Below are positions 5,823-6,125 of a stretch of 6,125 bases of DNA, in pieces. The DNA lies in sequence record PZ049726.1. One strand, 5' to 3'. Position 1 is the first letter of the stretch, and the number at the start of each line of letters is the position of its first letter. The notes beneath the pieces were generated by a model. It saw only the letters and a program-made list of their open reading frames with translations. It made no database searches and had not been told where the DNA came from. Both the position numbers and the translations under genes were made by a program. Source of the stretch: a phage.

Positions 5823-6125
5823 CTATCTACTGTTAAACTTTCTAACTCTACCATGTGTTTTCATATCCATTTCTAATGCGTACCTGGTTGAATCGACGCT
5901 GTGATTGTCTTTATCTTCCAATTTAGGAATAACATTACCATCTTTATCAGTTTGATAATCTATATTCTCAAATTCCTTAGCTGTATTAGGAGTTCTTTTA
6001 TTATCAATAACAATAGCTTCTAAATCATCAAGCCAGTTTTCGCCAAACTCAATACTTCCTGGACCTTTTTTAGCTTTGAGTGCTTTTATTCCTAATTCTC
6101 TAAGTTCTGCAATACTTCGTGGTTC
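5823..6125 (-). CDS. terminase large subunit, C-terminal part (5' end outside window)
   Basis: The minus-strand frame is open from the window edge to TAG at 5823-5825 and translates ...GENWLDDLEAIVIDNKRTPNTAKEFENIDYQTDKDGNVIPKLEDKDNHSVDSTRYALEMDMKTHGRVRKFNSR*. The D-x-H-x-x-D-x-x-RYAL segment resembles the conserved C-terminal nuclease-domain end of terminase large subunits. The gene sits upstream of portal. Confidence 0.6.
   Translation of the reverse strand, partial: EPRSIAELRELGIKALKAKKGPGSIEFGENWLDDLEAIVIDNKRTPNTAKEFENIDYQTDKDGNVIPKLEDKDNHSVDSTRYALEMDMKTHGRVRKFNSR

Noticed and set aside
656-5904. Eight plus-strand ORFs of 62-78 aa in the track (656-856, 2585-2773, 2959-3150, 3546-3749, 3952-4149, 4837-5073, 5093-5329, 5704-5904)
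   Set aside because: Each lies entirely antisense to a longer, well-supported minus-strand gene, has no convincing RBS, and translates to low-complexity Leu/Ile/Phe/Ser-rich peptides, as expected from reading AT-rich coding sequence backwards.
1-6125. Search for tRNA, CRISPR repeats, integrase or transposase signatures, and defence-system genes
   Set aside because: No cloverleaf-like GC-rich segments or regularly spaced direct repeats, and no ORF with recombinase or defence motifs. The window is fully accounted for by the head module plus the HNH cassette.

Overview
The window is an AT-rich stretch of a tailed-phage or prophage head-morphogenesis (late) module, with every credible gene on the minus strand. 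Read 5'->3' on that strand the order is: terminase large subunit C-terminus (partial), SPP1-type portal, a 60-aa ORF, a Mu F / SPP1 gp7-like head morphogenesis gene, an HNH endonuclease, a 93-aa ORF, a Gp49/Sf6 gp66-like small protein, a GP20-type scaffolding protein, the major capsid protein, and the start of one further ORF. Genes are tightly packed, with overlapping stop/start codons and Shine-Dalgarno sites inside upstream gene ends. The most unusual feature is the HNH endonuclease gene: it appears to be a self-contained inserted cassette with its own sigma-70-like promoter, strong RBS and a hairpin over its stop codon. It is bracketed by two diverged 129-nt direct copies of the sequence encoding the last 42 residues of the Mu F-like protein. 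The Mu F-like gene itself looks frameshifted, since its conserved C-terminal motif continues in the -1 frame. All family assignments come from reading the translations and recalling family motifs; no database search was run. I found no tRNA, rRNA, CRISPR array, integrase or transposase. All plus-strand ORFs in the track look like antisense artefacts.
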